This document shows positions 38,872 through 49,287 of a DNA stretch of 64,000 bases, one piece after another. Location: positions 1 to 64,000 of the IMG/VR virus record IMGVR_UViG_3300017766_002493. One strand, written 5' to 3'. The notes under the pieces are model-generated. The model made no database searches and was not told the DNA's origin. It saw only the letters and a list, made by a program, of their open reading frames with translations. This DNA comes from a virus. Position numbers and translations under genes: made by a program. Numbering within the stretch: position 1 is the first letter of the stretch; each line of letters opens with the position of its first letter.

Positions 38872-40155
38872 TTATCGTTTAAAAAAGTTTTGACTTGGTC
38901 TTTGAAGCTTTTGTTGAGAAGACTGTTTCTTGTTATCCTGATCAAAATCATCAGATGTTGTAGAAGATATCTTATTTTTTTCTTCTGTTTTTAACATTCT
39001 AACTGTTTTCTCTGTTGCTTCTTTTTTGCCTATTTCTCTTACTTTGTTTCTATATGATTCAGGATCAGCTAGTAACCAAAGAGCTTCAGCGATTAAATCG
39101 TGTCTAGGTTCTACCCATTGATACTTCTCTAAAAGGTGTCCTAACATATTAGTAGGCTTACCTGATATAGAAGGATAATTAGGCTGTACTAGTCCAGCGT
39201 ATAATAAACTCTGTGTTTTTTTATCTAACTTGATACCGTTAATTTCTGCAGGTTCAAGGACTTTATACACATTATTCATATACATTTGTGCTTGAGCGGC
39301 TTGTTGTTTACGCATCTGCTCTTGTTGTGCTAACTGTCTAGCTACAACTTGTTCTTGCATAGCATCCAACTTTGGTTTAAATTTCTTAGCTTTAGCACCT
39401 AACTCATCACGGTCTTTCCAACTGGTAATTTCCTCTTCAATTTCTTCAGCGGTACCAAATTGGGTTGCGTGCAAGTAAGATCTAACAATTTGCTCCTGAT
39501 CATTATCTTCAGAAGGATCTAATTGTCTAACCTCTTCTACTTGGGCCAGGGTTCTAAATAAGCCTTTTAAATCCGCACCACCATCAGCTACATATTTTGC
39601 TGCAACTTGTAATTCTACTGGCAAACTATCAAAGAACTCAAGAGGAATCTCTTCTCTTGCTTTTCTTTCTCTTTCTTCAAAGTTTGCTTCAAATAACTCT
39701 TCAAAATCTTGAACAGTATATTTTTCTAAAGGTTTATCATCATCAAATGGAATAAGCTTCTTCTGGTCGATAAGCTTTTTAGCAAGCTCTAACATACCAT
39801 TCTTATCCATCTTAGGACGACCACCTTTATCAGAACCATCGGGTGATAATAATGCATCTATGTTTTTATCATCGTCATCATCACTTGCCGGTGCACCACT
39901 TGTAGTAGTTGTTGAAGCACTTGCTTGTGTAGATGCTGGTGAAGAACTACTAGAGTCATCATCGTCATCATCATCCTTATCAAGGAACGTCATATCTACT
40001 GGTTTTGAAGTAAACAAGTTAGGTTTTTTAACTTCTTTGCTTCCACCCTGATCTGGGACCATCACACTTTCTCCTGTGGGAGATCCTAAAATCGAGTCTA
40101 AATCTGCTACATCTACTGTACTAACAGTAGTTGTACCGTTGTTGTTATCTGCCAT
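38872..40155 (-). CDS. Scaffolding-like acidic protein
   Basis: Acidic disordered N-terminus, coiled-coil Q-rich middle, between portal and MCP. Confidence 0.6.
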   Translation of the reverse strand: MADNNNGTTTVSTVDVADLDSILGSPTGESVMVPDQGGSKEVKKPNLFTSKPVDMTFLDKDDDDDDDSSSSSPASTQASASTTTTSGAPASDDDDDKNIDALLSPDGSDKGGRPKMDKNGMLELAKKLIDQKKLIPFDDDKPLEKYTVQDFEELFEANFEERERKAREEIPLEFFDSLPVELQVAAKYVADGGADLKGLFRTLAQVEEVRQLDPSEDNDQEQIVRSYLHATQFGTAEEIEEEITSWKDRDELGAKAKKFKPKLDAMQEQVVARQLAQQEQMRKQQAAQAQMYMNNVYKVLEPAEINGIKLDKKTQSLLYAGLVQPNYPSISGKPTNMLGHLLEKYQWVEPRHDLIAEALWLLADPESYRNKVREIGKKEATEKTVRMLKTEEKNKISSTTSDDFDQDNKKQSSQQKLQRPSQNFFKR

Positions 40156-40269
40156 ATTTGTTGGTTTTTGTTACTGACAATTATAATAATCTCAAATATA
40201 CGATACTTAAACTTAATATAGTTAAAATGATATAGCGCAAAAGAAAAAATTTCGCATTATATCACTAAG

Positions 40270-43044
40270 TTACTTTTTCTTCTCCTTATTTTTTTGTTTT
40301 GCTTTCTCGTCATACTTGTTTTTATTCTCTCTAGCTATCTGTAAATCAACATCTTTAAGGTTTCTTTGATTCTGTAACTTTTCTCTTTCTAGATTTACTT
40401 TTTCTCTAAACTGGGATTGTTTATTAACCTCTTTAGTTTTATCAAAATTCATGATTTGATTAAACTCATTAGACTGTTGAATTTTATCTAGAGTATCTTG
40501 GAAATCACTCTGCATATTCTGATTAATATCTTGCATAGCACCATAGCCTGCAGATTTAATCTCAGCAACCAAGATATCTTTTCTTCTATTCTTTTCTTCT
40601 TCAAGAGCTTTAGCATCAAGCTCCATTTGTTTTTCTTTGGTACGCTGTTCAACTTCCATCTGCTTCATCTGTTGCTCATGCTGCATTTGTTCTTGACGAG
40701 CTGCGTTAGCTTTATCTTCTATTCCTTTCAATGTAGAAGAAAGCTCAGATAAAGAGTTACTTTGTATAACTTCACCAAGATCATAGATACTTGCGCCGGC
40801 TGTATTATTACTCATAGCCAATTGACGCATTTGTTCTAGTAATGCTCTATGATTGGATCTAGTTGTAGCGTAAACATTTATATCTCTTAGCAATAAAGTA
40901 GTACCATTTATCTCAAAGTTTACTTTTTCTTCTTTGCTAGTCATGTATTGTAATCTTAAAGAAGGTTTTTTAGAATGGTAAAACTGTGCTAAATCAGTTC
41001 TCATCTGGTGTACTCTAGGCATTAGATAATCAGAGTGTTGTATAAAATACATCTCTGTTTGAGCATAAGATCCAGCCACAGCTTGTTCTATACCTTTAGC
41101 TGTTTCAGTTTGTCCTATTTGCTGACCCATTCTCTGAGGAGTAATACCTATAACTTCAAAAGCTTGTTGCTTAAAATAGTTAGCCATCTGAATCCTAGAC
41201 ATCATCCTTTGAGTTTGCTCTAGATTCATCACTTGGAAGTGTTGGAAATTTAAAGCATTTTCTGTATTAGTGATGCTCGTATCTAGAGGTAGCATTTGGA
41301 AATTCTTCATTGCTACATAGGCTTTTGCTAAATTATTTTTACCCCAATCTTCACCCAAGGAATGTCTAGGTAAAGCATTCTGATCCAACATGATCACGGT
41401 GCCCAATTCATCTACCAGGATATCTGCTATCTGATTGTTAACAATGTTGTATCCAATCTGATAAGGTTTCATCAAATCTACTAAAGCTGTAGATCTAGTA
41501 TTTCTATCTCCAAATACAGATCCTTCTACCGGCAATTTGCATCCATACAAAGTATTATCACCTTTGAATTGGAATCTAAGTGGACCAATAACATTTTTAT
41601 CAATGCCTAGGTAAATAGGATTTACACCACCTGGATTATTCATACCCCAGAATGTAGGATGATTAGGGCCAATTTTTACTCCGCCCCAAGTTTGATTAAT
41701 CCAAATCCAATCTATATGCTCTCCAAATACTAAGGTGTCTTTGTTTTTATTTTTAACAAGCATGTTGTTATAAACAGGCTTATCTGTTACTTTATAAGTT
41801 TCATCTACTACATCAGTAATAACTTCACCTGCTTCTGTAACTCTAGTTAGATGACCTACTTTACGCTGAGACTTCCAATAACAAGTAGTTACACGAAGCA
41901 TGTAAGCCATACCCATATCAAAGTAATCTTCCGATTCACCCATGATCCAGTTAACAATATCTCCACCATTGTAGACAAAATTATCCCACATAGATACAAA
42001 TTGTCTATAAGCTAATGATGGCATATTAACATTCCACTCATGGCTTTTTGTAGCATCGTAATAAGCACCATCATTTTGGTATCCTTGAATAGGATAACCA
42101 GCTGATCTAACCGGGTAGATAGCCTCTATAGATTCTAACTGCTCTTGGTTCATGATATAGCCGTACTTGTCTATAACATCTGCCACAGTCATCATCTCAA
42201 TTTTACCAACCCAATTACCTTGGGAGATATATCTTACATCAGGTGATTTATGGTAGAAAGTTAATACAGGATTCCACAATTCTACATCATAATCATCTTC
42301 CATCATCCTAAAGTGCCAGAATTCTCTATCAGTAATTAAGCTATCTCTGAATCCTCTTTCTTCTAGCTCATCCATTCTAAATCTTTCTTCATCAATAGCT
42401 AACTGATGAGAAGCCCATTCTTCTGCAACATTTCTGTAGCTTTTGCTAAAAAAGTCTTGAATCTCTGGTAATGTTTTTAGATTTTCGGGAGCCAATTGTT
42501 GTTGCATCTGCTGTTGCATCTCAGGATCATTAGGATCTGCACCAGATTCTAACATCTTAGTTATCAACATATTTTGAGCATCTTCCAATAATACAGCTTC
42601 AATAGCTGCGCGTTTCTGCTCCATCAATTCGTTGTAAGAATACTCATCAACAGCTGTAAAAGATATCTTGCTATTTCTTTTAGCAAACTCAGCTGTCATG
42701 GTATTAATAACATTAGGAATAATTGGATAAAACTTTAACTCTAAAGCTGTTGAATCATCTTTAGTTAAAGTCTCAACCAGATCGCGCATCTCGTTATCTT
42801 CTTGAACAATATAATCAGTTTTATCAATGATCCCTTTAGCAAGCTTATAATTTTTCATAAGCCTTCTAGCATTTCTTCTGATTTGCTTAAGACCTTGCCA
42901 CTCAAGCCAGTCCATGTTCCAAGACACCCATTCTTTGTCTTTTTCACTTCTTGGAATAAATTGAACAGGTTGAGTAATACTACCCATCCTGTTATACTCA
43001 GCTTTAGCTCCTGATTTGAGCTGCATTGCATTTAATACTTTCAT
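40270..43044 (-). CDS. Portal protein
   Basis: 924 aa after the terminase; FYPIIPNVIN, LVDLMKPYQIGYNIVNNQ, IGITPQRMGQ motifs; coiled-coil C-terminus. Confidence 0.85.
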   Translation of the reverse strand: MKVLNAMQLKSGAKAEYNRMGSITQPVQFIPRSEKDKEWVSWNMDWLEWQGLKQIRRNARRLMKNYKLAKGIIDKTDYIVQEDNEMRDLVETLTKDDSTALELKFYPIIPNVINTMTAEFAKRNSKISFTAVDEYSYNELMEQKRAAIEAVLLEDAQNMLITKMLESGADPNDPEMQQQMQQQLAPENLKTLPEIQDFFSKSYRNVAEEWASHQLAIDEERFRMDELEERGFRDSLITDREFWHFRMMEDDYDVELWNPVLTFYHKSPDVRYISQGNWVGKIEMMTVADVIDKYGYIMNQEQLESIEAIYPVRSAGYPIQGYQNDGAYYDATKSHEWNVNMPSLAYRQFVSMWDNFVYNGGDIVNWIMGESEDYFDMGMAYMLRVTTCYWKSQRKVGHLTRVTEAGEVITDVVDETYKVTDKPVYNNMLVKNKNKDTLVFGEHIDWIWINQTWGGVKIGPNHPTFWGMNNPGGVNPIYLGIDKNVIGPLRFQFKGDNTLYGCKLPVEGSVFGDRNTRSTALVDLMKPYQIGYNIVNNQIADILVDELGTVIMLDQNALPRHSLGEDWGKNNLAKAYVAMKNFQMLPLDTSITNTENALNFQHFQVMNLEQTQRMMSRIQMANYFKQQAFEVIGITPQRMGQQIGQTETAKGIEQAVAGSYAQTEMYFIQHSDYLMPRVHQMRTDLAQFYHSKKPSLRLQYMTSKEEKVNFEINGTTLLLRDINVYATTRSNHRALLEQMRQLAMSNNTAGASIYDLGEVIQSNSLSELSSTLKGIEDKANAARQEQMQHEQQMKQMEVEQRTKEKQMELDAKALEEEKNRRKDILVAEIKSAGYGAMQDINQNMQSDFQDTLDKIQQSNEFNQIMNFDKTKEVNKQSQFREKVNLEREKLQNQRNLKDVDLQIARENKNKYDEKAKQKNKEKKK

Positions 43045-43045
43045 C

Positions 43046-45250
43046 TTATCTTATATTTTTAAACATATTTCTTGGAGGCTTACCACCGGAAATAGAATTC
43101 CCCTTCCCCATATGGCGAAAAGGACTGCTCACTAATTTATATAAATTATTCTCTTTTTGCAAAGATTTTGTTTGTATATGTTCAACTCTTTTCTTTAGAC
43201 CCCTATTAGATTGCTGAATCTTTGCAAAAGCAATCAAAGCAGCTAAAGAAACTAATCTATCGACATTGACACCATCATCATAAGCTTCCATCTCTTTCAT
43301 GGCCATAACATCAGGTATCCTTGATATACCATAGGTTCTTTTTACCACTGTTCCATCTTCCTTGGTTTCAACATCAATCTCTTCTTTTAAAAATTCAATA
43401 AGATAACTAAGTAAGTGTGTTTTAAATAAAATACCAGTATTCTTCCAGCCATATTCTTGATAAACATTTCTATTAGCTCCAAGGTCTTTTAGAAACATTA
43501 TTTGATCTTTAGGTACTAGGTATTTTTGTTTATGCTTACTAATCATATATTGAATGAACAAAGATATATTGTTTTCTATGATTGTCCATGCATTATACCA
43601 TTCAATTATTAACTCTAATCTTTCATGGGTTCTATTTATATCGTCAAATCTACCACACCAGGCCGCAACAATTTTATCATGTTCTATAAAAGTTTCTACT
43701 AATTCTCCTTTAATTCTCTTTACTTCTACAGCTCTTTTGTAAACATAGATGGAACAAAGAGATTCTGATGTAGTTGTTTTACCTTCTGATACTGGGTCAA
43801 TTGATGCGTAGTATGTGCCCCATTCAGCATTTTTATCGGGTTTTTCCCAGACAACTATTGCACCTGTTTTATCTTCTGTGTCTTTAGTTATTGGAAACTC
43901 AGATATAGGTATTTTATTTGTAAGCTTATGTTCTATCTTGTTATCTACTAGATTCCTGTGTAACTCTACAAGCTCATATGGAAAATCTTTATCAAGTATT
44001 TTTCTTTTATGAGTGCCTACTAATTCCATTGGAAATATAGAAACTTTTCTATAAGCAAATGCTTCGCTTATATTAATTGGGTGCTGAGATATACGAAGCT
44101 GATATTTTTCTGGAGATAAATCTTTTTTCCAAGTTTTTCTCATAATAGCAATAGCTTCTAAAGCTTCTTCTACTTTAGAATTACCATACTCATCAATGTA
44201 AGGAGGCATAGACCACTGCTCTGGAATAAATAATCCGGTGATTGCTACAGTGCCCTGATCATCTAGTAGATTTGTTTCTACTCCATATATATCATTAGAT
44301 AAAGGTCTAAGTATCATTTCTTTTAAAGGAACACACTGATCTAAATCACCCACAGATCCTGCTGCAATAAATAAACCTGTAGTCATATGACCAGATTGTA
44401 GAGCAGGTCTAAGGAACTCATAAGTCTGATCCATCTTAGGAGCAATACCTGCTTCTTCGTGGAAGAATATGGTACAAGGTCCACCGACACCCGCCGTTGG
44501 ATCTTTCTCAAAAGTTAACATGGACATTACACCTTTTAAACCTTTTAAGAACTTTCTACCTTGAGTGCTCATCTCTTCTATCTGCTGTTGCCAGTTACCT
44601 ATTTTACCAGGATTCATTGGTCGGTACCAAGCCGTATGCTGATTTAAAAAAGATCTATATTCTTCTAGAAATTTCCAAGAACCTTTCTCATTAATATAAT
44701 CTTTTAAGCTGGCGCCCATTTTAAGAATAGGTGTTTCTTCAAACCAAAGAGTATTAATAAGTTTAGCACAGTGAAAATAAGAAGAAGCTATCTGTCTTTT
44801 CTTTAGAATAGCAGCATGCTTATAATTTAACTCAGCTAGTAACTCATATAGAGCCATATGATACTGAGCATCCCTGATAGAAGCAAAGTCAAACTTTTTT
44901 TGCTCTTTATCATTGATTCTTAAAAAGTTAAGGAACATGTAATAGTCTCTAGGTATATACCAAACTTTACCATTGTTTTTATAAATAGCTCCTTTTCTAC
45001 ACTTTGTTTTTTGATCGTCCCAATAGTTTATAAAGTCTCTGCTTTTAAAAGGTGATCCACAATAAAATCCATTTTTATTAAAATTCCTAGCTTGCTGATT
45101 AAACAATAAAGATGTTTCATCAAACTCGTATTTACCAGGTTCTTTAAAACAAGTATGGACAAATTCTCTAAAGTCATCTCTTGTTTCAAAAGATGTTGTT
45201 GTCCAGGTACCGTTTTCCCAAGTAGGAACTTCTATAAAAGGATTACTCAT
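43046..45250 (-). CDS. terL: Terminase large subunit
   Basis: Walker A-like LKKRQIASSY, Walker B IFFHEEAG, nuclease YYASIDPV...IIENN...NVDRLVS. Confidence 0.9.
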   Translation of the reverse strand: MSNPFIEVPTWENGTWTTTSFETRDDFREFVHTCFKEPGKYEFDETSLLFNQQARNFNKNGFYCGSPFKSRDFINYWDDQKTKCRKGAIYKNNGKVWYIPRDYYMFLNFLRINDKEQKKFDFASIRDAQYHMALYELLAELNYKHAAILKKRQIASSYFHCAKLINTLWFEETPILKMGASLKDYINEKGSWKFLEEYRSFLNQHTAWYRPMNPGKIGNWQQQIEEMSTQGRKFLKGLKGVMSMLTFEKDPTAGVGGPCTIFFHEEAGIAPKMDQTYEFLRPALQSGHMTTGLFIAAGSVGDLDQCVPLKEMILRPLSNDIYGVETNLLDDQGTVAITGLFIPEQWSMPPYIDEYGNSKVEEALEAIAIMRKTWKKDLSPEKYQLRISQHPINISEAFAYRKVSIFPMELVGTHKRKILDKDFPYELVELHRNLVDNKIEHKLTNKIPISEFPITKDTEDKTGAIVVWEKPDKNAEWGTYYASIDPVSEGKTTTSESLCSIYVYKRAVEVKRIKGELVETFIEHDKIVAAWCGRFDDINRTHERLELIIEWYNAWTIIENNISLFIQYMISKHKQKYLVPKDQIMFLKDLGANRNVYQEYGWKNTGILFKTHLLSYLIEFLKEEIDVETKEDGTVVKRTYGISRIPDVMAMKEMEAYDDGVNVDRLVSLAALIAFAKIQQSNRGLKKRVEHIQTKSLQKENNLYKLVSSPFRHMGKGNSISGGKPPRNMFKNIR

Positions 45251-45464
45251 GTATCATTTTTTTAATAAGAGCTTTATCACCATTAGTCTTCAAAATTATA
45301 TCCACTAAAGTACTATGCTTTTTGGAAGTAATTTTGTTTACTAATTTACCATTAAAATAATCTATTGAATCTTCTCTTTTAAAAGCAGTCCAAAGATTTT
45401 GAATATGGTTATAATGGAATAACCAGTCATAGAGGTTGTTTTTATTTTTCATATTATTGATCAT
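45243..45464 (-). CDS. Hypothetical protein
   Basis: Overlaps both neighbours; start may be the second Met. Confidence 0.55.
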   Translation of the reverse strand: MINNMKNKNNLYDWLFHYNHIQNLWTAFKREDSIDYFNGKLVNKITSKKHSTLVDIILKTNGDKALIKKMIHE

Positions 45465-45966
45465 AAGCTAAATCTGCGCCACCGCGGTTTCTACCTTTTT
45501 GTTCTTCTTGCAAGTCCTTAAAGATACCTTTAAAAGAGTTGCGTATAGCCTCAAAGTTTTTAGCAGCTGCTAACACTGCAGGCAAGTTTCCATCTCTACC
45601 ATGGGTAAGCGGTGTATTCTCCATGTAGTCTGCTAGTCTATCCATCATCTTGGCCATCCCACTATAAGCTCTAAGTGTAGGAGTTTCATATAACTTAATA
45701 CACTTTTCTAGAGCCTGTACAATTTCATCTTCGTCTGTAGAAAAATCAGCATCTATTTCTTTTAATATCATATCCTCTTTTTCATCTTCCGGCATATTAA
45801 AAAAAGGATTTAAATCTTCATTTCTACAGCTCATATAAAACAAATACTTATAAACTGTGAGATAGTCATCAGGATGTTTATCCATAATAACTTTTAAAAA
45901 GTTAAGAGAATAACAATGCTCTGTTGGTATAAGTTTATCTCCTTGTATATCGAATAGTTTTATCAT
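45454..45966 (-). CDS. Conserved protein upstream of terL, candidate terminase small subunit
   Basis: 170 aa, helical, C-terminal RGG; position. Confidence 0.45.
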   Translation of the reverse strand: MIKLFDIQGDKLIPTEHCYSLNFLKVIMDKHPDDYLTVYKYLFYMSCRNEDLNPFFNMPEDEKEDMILKEIDADFSTDEDEIVQALEKCIKLYETPTLRAYSGMAKMMDRLADYMENTPLTHGRDGNLPAVLAAAKNFEAIRNSFKGIFKDLQEEQKGRNRGGADLAYDQ

Positions 45967-46075
45967 GTTTTTGTTTTTTAAGTTTTTCTACCGTTGGGCA
46001 AGAAACACTTTTAGGTTTTTTATCTTCTATTTTATTTTTCCAAAATTGTTGTTGCTGATATTCATCATTGCTCAT
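45935..46075 (-). CDS. Possible 46-aa hypothetical protein
   Basis: Hand translation MSNDEYQQQQFWKNKIEDKKPK...; fills the gap between ORFs. Confidence 0.35.
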   Translation of the reverse strand: MSNDEYQQQQFWKNKIEDKKPKSVSCPTVEKLKKQKHDKTIRYTRR

Positions 46076-46320
46076 TTTATACCTCTTACTTCTCGGTTAT
46101 GTAATATTTTAAATTCTTCATAAGGAATATTTAAACAATAGGCTACACTATATGGTAAAACTACAATTGTATAAGGTTCAAGTTCACCATCTTCTGTATA
46201 GGATTCTCTATAAGCAATAACGCTGAATAAATCTATTGTGCAATTTGCAATTATTAATTGTTCTATTCCTAAATCTTCTTTTAGCTTAATGTTTTCTAAC
46301 ACTACTTCAAAATCTGTCAT
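46072..46320 (-). CDS. Hypothetical protein
   Basis: ORF in operon. Confidence 0.55.
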   Translation of the reverse strand: MTDFEVVLENIKLKEDLGIEQLIIANCTIDLFSVIAYRESYTEDGELEPYTIVVLPYSVAYCLNIPYEEFKILHNREVRGIK

Positions 46321-46323
46321 AAT

Positions 46324-47157
46324 CTATTTTTTAATTAAGTTATTTCTATTATCATGTAACCAATTGATCATATCAATTACTTCTTTCTTCAAATAAGGTA
46401 AATCATATGGAACAATGTTTTTTACTATTGGTTCTCCTTTATCATTTCTTTTTGCTACAGGATAACCATATTCATCAATTGATTCTGATTCAAAGATAAT
46501 ATGATGAATTTGAATTTTACCAGAATTATATCGCGGATTGTGTTTTAATATTATATACATATACACACTCAACTGTAAAGCATAGTGATTGTAATTACAA
46601 TTGTCTAGATGGTTGCAACAGTGCAACATCTTTTCTTTTTTACCTTCCCAATTTTTAAAACTTTCTGTTTTTATTTCTTTGTTGGTTTTGTAATCGTATA
46701 TATCTACAAGATTTTTAATTACTTCTACTCTATCAGATTGGCCACAAATACCAGCAGATTTTAAATAAGCAAAATGCTCAGGATAAATTCCTTCTACTAG
46801 TTTTTGCTCTGGAGCTATCTTAAGATCTCCTTCATAGATAGGTCTTATTATTGAAAGATCTCGTCCTGCTCTATTAATAGTATTGTGTCCCAGAGTATCT
46901 TCTTCTCTTTGGTTATGATACCAGGTTCCTAAATCAGTAGCTCTTTTACCTTCTTTTTCCCATATAGTTTCTATAACCTCTGGGGATAAACCGTACCACT
47001 TAGATTTTCTATTTCCTGATGCTTTTAATGCTGCAGCTTTTGAATCAAACTGAGGTTTAAATTGAGAGATAAATGTTGTAACACTTATCCAATCTATATT
47101 TTCATTAGGATCAAGACTCTGATACTTGTGATTTTGTGCTTGAAAAGTTACTGACAT
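46324..47157 (-). CDS. PD-(D/E)XK family nuclease
   Basis: GTWYH, E..., GQSD...IYDYKTNK, YALQLSVY motifs. Confidence 0.85.
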   Translation of the reverse strand: MSVTFQAQNHKYQSLDPNENIDWISVTTFISQFKPQFDSKAAALKASGNRKSKWYGLSPEVIETIWEKEGKRATDLGTWYHNQREEDTLGHNTINRAGRDLSIIRPIYEGDLKIAPEQKLVEGIYPEHFAYLKSAGICGQSDRVEVIKNLVDIYDYKTNKEIKTESFKNWEGKKEKMLHCCNHLDNCNYNHYALQLSVYMYIILKHNPRYNSGKIQIHHIIFESESIDEYGYPVAKRNDKGEPIVKNIVPYDLPYLKKEVIDMINWLHDNRNNLIKK

Positions 47158-47189
47158 TTTGAGTTGGTGTTTGAGTTGGTTTTAAATTA

Positions 47190-47519
47190 CTAGTCTTTAT
47201 CAGGATCATAGTTTATTTTAGCATAGTAGATGTCTTCTTCTGCATAGGTCATAAGAGCTTTCCATTTAGGACCTTTTGGATGTGGACACTCTGAAGCTAG
47301 TGATCTTGCTTTTAGAGATAACTTACAACCACATTCTCCACAACAAGGTTGGCTTCCTGGTAAAACACATTTGGATCCTTCCCTGTCTACTAATTCACAA
47401 TCATCACAAATAGCTAATCTATCAAAAGCTATTCTTTCTATTTTAGGATGTTTTATCCAAGTATTTCTAATACCCTCTATAATTTGTTTTCTATTCTTCC
47501 AAATTTTTATGAGATTCAT
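47190..47519 (-). CDS. Cys-rich putative zinc-binding protein
   Basis: RLAICDDC...CGECGC.L..KAR....CP...W. Confidence 0.65.
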   Translation of the reverse strand: MNLIKIWKNRKQIIEGIRNTWIKHPKIERIAFDRLAICDDCELVDREGSKCVLPGSQPCCGECGCKLSLKARSLASECPHPKGPKWKALMTYAEEDIYYAKINYDPDKD

Positions 47520-47922
47520 TACTTTGTTTTTTAGATTTAACTTCTTTCTTTTTCACCTTATCTTCTTTTATAACTTCTACAAGTTTTAAAAGATTTTCTA
47601 ATCTCTTTTCTATTTCAACTTTCCACTGATGTTTGAGAAAAGTCATATTCTCAGGATCATTATTTTCTAAGAATGTTTTATGCATATTCAAGGTTTCTTC
47701 TACCAGGGATTCTTTAATCCTAAAAGATCCAAACTTTGCAACTACAACTCTAGGAGATTTAGTTTCTGTCAGCGCTTTTCTTACTTCCTTCCAATAAATA
47801 TCAACTATATCTTGCACTGTATTTTCAGATACCTCAAATTCTTTAGCAACTTCAGGTATAAAACTATTACTTTTTCTAGGCAGCAATGTATACAAATTTA
47901 AAATCCAAACAAATATTACCAT
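47491..47922 (-). CDS. IHF/HU-like protein (true start probably slightly downstream)
   Basis: IPEVAKEFEVSE..VQDIVD.YW.EVRKAL...VVVAKFGSFRIK fits the HU/IHF fold. Confidence 0.65.
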   Translation of the reverse strand: MVIFVWILNLYTLLPRKSNSFIPEVAKEFEVSENTVQDIVDIYWKEVRKALTETKSPRVVVAKFGSFRIKESLVEETLNMHKTFLENNDPENMTFLKHQWKVEIEKRLENLLKLVEVIKEDKVKKKEVKSKKQSNESHKNLEE

Positions 47923-48238
47923 CGGCCTGTATCTTAAGCTCAGGATTCAATGATATTTTCTTTTTGTTTTTACCTTCTTTTACAATAAAACTGGTTTTCT
48001 CCATTTTTGTTAAACAGTTTCTAACAGATTGAGTTGTTTTAAAAATCTTTTTGTTAGAAGCTTGTACGCAAAAATCTGCTAAGTCAAATTCACCTGTAAC
48101 TCCTAGTAGAGTAAGGCAATCCAACTCAGCCTCACTCATTACTATTTTATTAAGATAGCAATGAGTAAGCAGCTGAAATTTAACAATATCCCAGAGATTA
48201 AGCTTTTGACGCTTGTCAACTAGATTAACTTTTGGCAT
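47876..48238 (-). CDS. Winged-helix DNA-binding protein (RepL-like)
   Basis: TTQSVRNCLTKMEKTSFIVK...ISLNP wHTH pattern. Confidence 0.5.
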   Translation of the reverse strand: MPKVNLVDKRQKLNLWDIVKFQLLTHCYLNKIVMSEAELDCLTLLGVTGEFDLADFCVQASNKKIFKTTQSVRNCLTKMEKTSFIVKEGKNKKKISLNPELKIQADGNICLDFKFVYIAA

Positions 48239-48253
48239 TGATAAAATTTTTAA

Positions 48254-48538
48254 TTACTGAGTTTTTAATTTTCTTGACTTAGGAGCCTGCTCAACAGGTT
48301 GCTCTTCTTCCTCTGGTTCTACCTCTGCTGGAGGAGGATTAGTCAAATTTGCACCTCTAACAATAGCTACCAGTCTTCTTAATCTAGCTTCTTCAATATC
48401 GGCTAGTAAGTTATCATAATGTTTTCTTTTTTCTAAAAGAGGTATTTCCTCTTCATAAAACTGAAGCATAATTTCCCTTTGTTTTTGGATTTCTTCAGGG
48501 GTTGCTTGTCTGTCTTGCGCGTTGGTTTCTTCTGACAT
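48254..48538 (-). CDS. Hypothetical coiled-coil protein
   Basis: First gene after a promoter-like box. Confidence 0.6.
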   Translation of the reverse strand: MSEETNAQDRQATPEEIQKQREIMLQFYEEEIPLLEKRKHYDNLLADIEEARLRRLVAIVRGANLTNPPPAEVEPEEEEQPVEQAPKSRKLKTQ

Positions 48539-48566
48539 GGCTATAATATTTTAAATTAAACTTAGA

Positions 48567-48574
48567 CAAATATA
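48567..48574 (-). promoter_or_regulatory. Bacteroidota-type -7 promoter box TATATTTG
   Basis: Matches TAnnTTTG; identical boxes near 40193, 49226 and 49466; TATATT variants near 7800, 12988, 24538, 32005 and 60999, all intergenic and upstream of minus-strand genes. Confidence 0.55.
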
Positions 48575-48606
48575 ATAAGATAAGTTTAAACTTCCAAGAG
48601 TTAAAT

Positions 48607-48634
48607 AAAAAAAATCCCTAGATTTCTCTAGGGA
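48607..48634 (-). terminator. Intrinsic terminator
   Basis: TCCCTAGA-GAAA-TCTAGGGA followed by a T8 tract on the minus strand. Confidence 0.8.
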
Positions 48635-48659
48635 GCAATTTAAAATATGTAGTAAGTAA

Positions 48660-48893
48660 TTATTCTTCTTTCTTATCTTCTGTAAAGAAGTTTGTAATAA
48701 ACTTACCAGCTACACCTAATACAAAAGCTACTACAATTATAGCTTTTACTTCTTTAGGGGTAAAGATTTCTTTCATCTTATCATACTCTAATAGAGCACC
48801 TGCTGTTATAAAAGTCCCGGTAGCTAAGATAGCATCACCAATCTTTCTCCACTTTTTAGGAGTTGGAGCCCAATATTTATCTTTTAGTTTCAT
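48660..48893 (-). CDS. Holin-like membrane protein
   Basis: 77 aa; APTPKKWRKIG then two hydrophobic helices and a charged tail. Confidence 0.6.
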   Translation of the reverse strand: MKLKDKYWAPTPKKWRKIGDAILATGTFITAGALLEYDKMKEIFTPKEVKAIIVVAFVLGVAGKFITNFFTEDKKEE

Positions 48894-48894
48894 A

Positions 48895-49200
48895 TTAGTG
48901 TTTTACTGCTGCTTGTAATTGAATTTGAACTAGTTGCTCAACACTTGCTGAGAGTTTTGTTACTGTTTGTGCTAGTGTTCTTAGTTCTAACTGAGTAGTT
49001 TGCTCTAGTCTTTTTACATCACTGTTAAGCTGTAGTTCTACTAGCTCTATTCTACCTTTGTTTTTACCAACCTCTTCTATTGCTTTTTTAGTATCACCGT
49101 GGATTATCTTTAAAAAGTATCCTAATATTAAGAGTAGGATTCCAATTAATCCTCCTGCTATACCCATAATAGTTTCTGCTAATTCCAATGTCATATGCAT
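48895..49200 (-). CDS. Membrane-anchored coiled-coil protein (lysis-associated?)
   Basis: One N-terminal TM helix followed by heptad repeats. Confidence 0.5.
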   Translation of the reverse strand: MHMTLELAETIMGIAGGLIGILLLILGYFLKIIHGDTKKAIEEVGKNKGRIELVELQLNSDVKRLEQTTQLELRTLAQTVTKLSASVEQLVQIQLQAAVKH

Positions 49201-49259
49201 AATAAATAAATATATAATAATATAACAAATATAATTTATATTTCAAAGGAATGCAAACA

Positions 49260-49287
49260 AAAAAAGGTAGAGATTAATCTACCTTTT
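49260..49287 (-). terminator. Intrinsic terminator overlapping a stop codon
   Basis: AAAAGGTAGA...TCTACCTTTT inverted repeat. Confidence 0.7.

Noticed and set aside
39870-39975. TCA/TCG triplet runs
   Set aside because: They encode poly-Asp/Ser linkers of the scaffold-like protein; ordinary low complexity
37216-45250. Introns or inteins in MCP, portal or terminase
   Set aside because: ORFs are continuous, of ordinary size, with no intein or homing endonuclease motifs noticed
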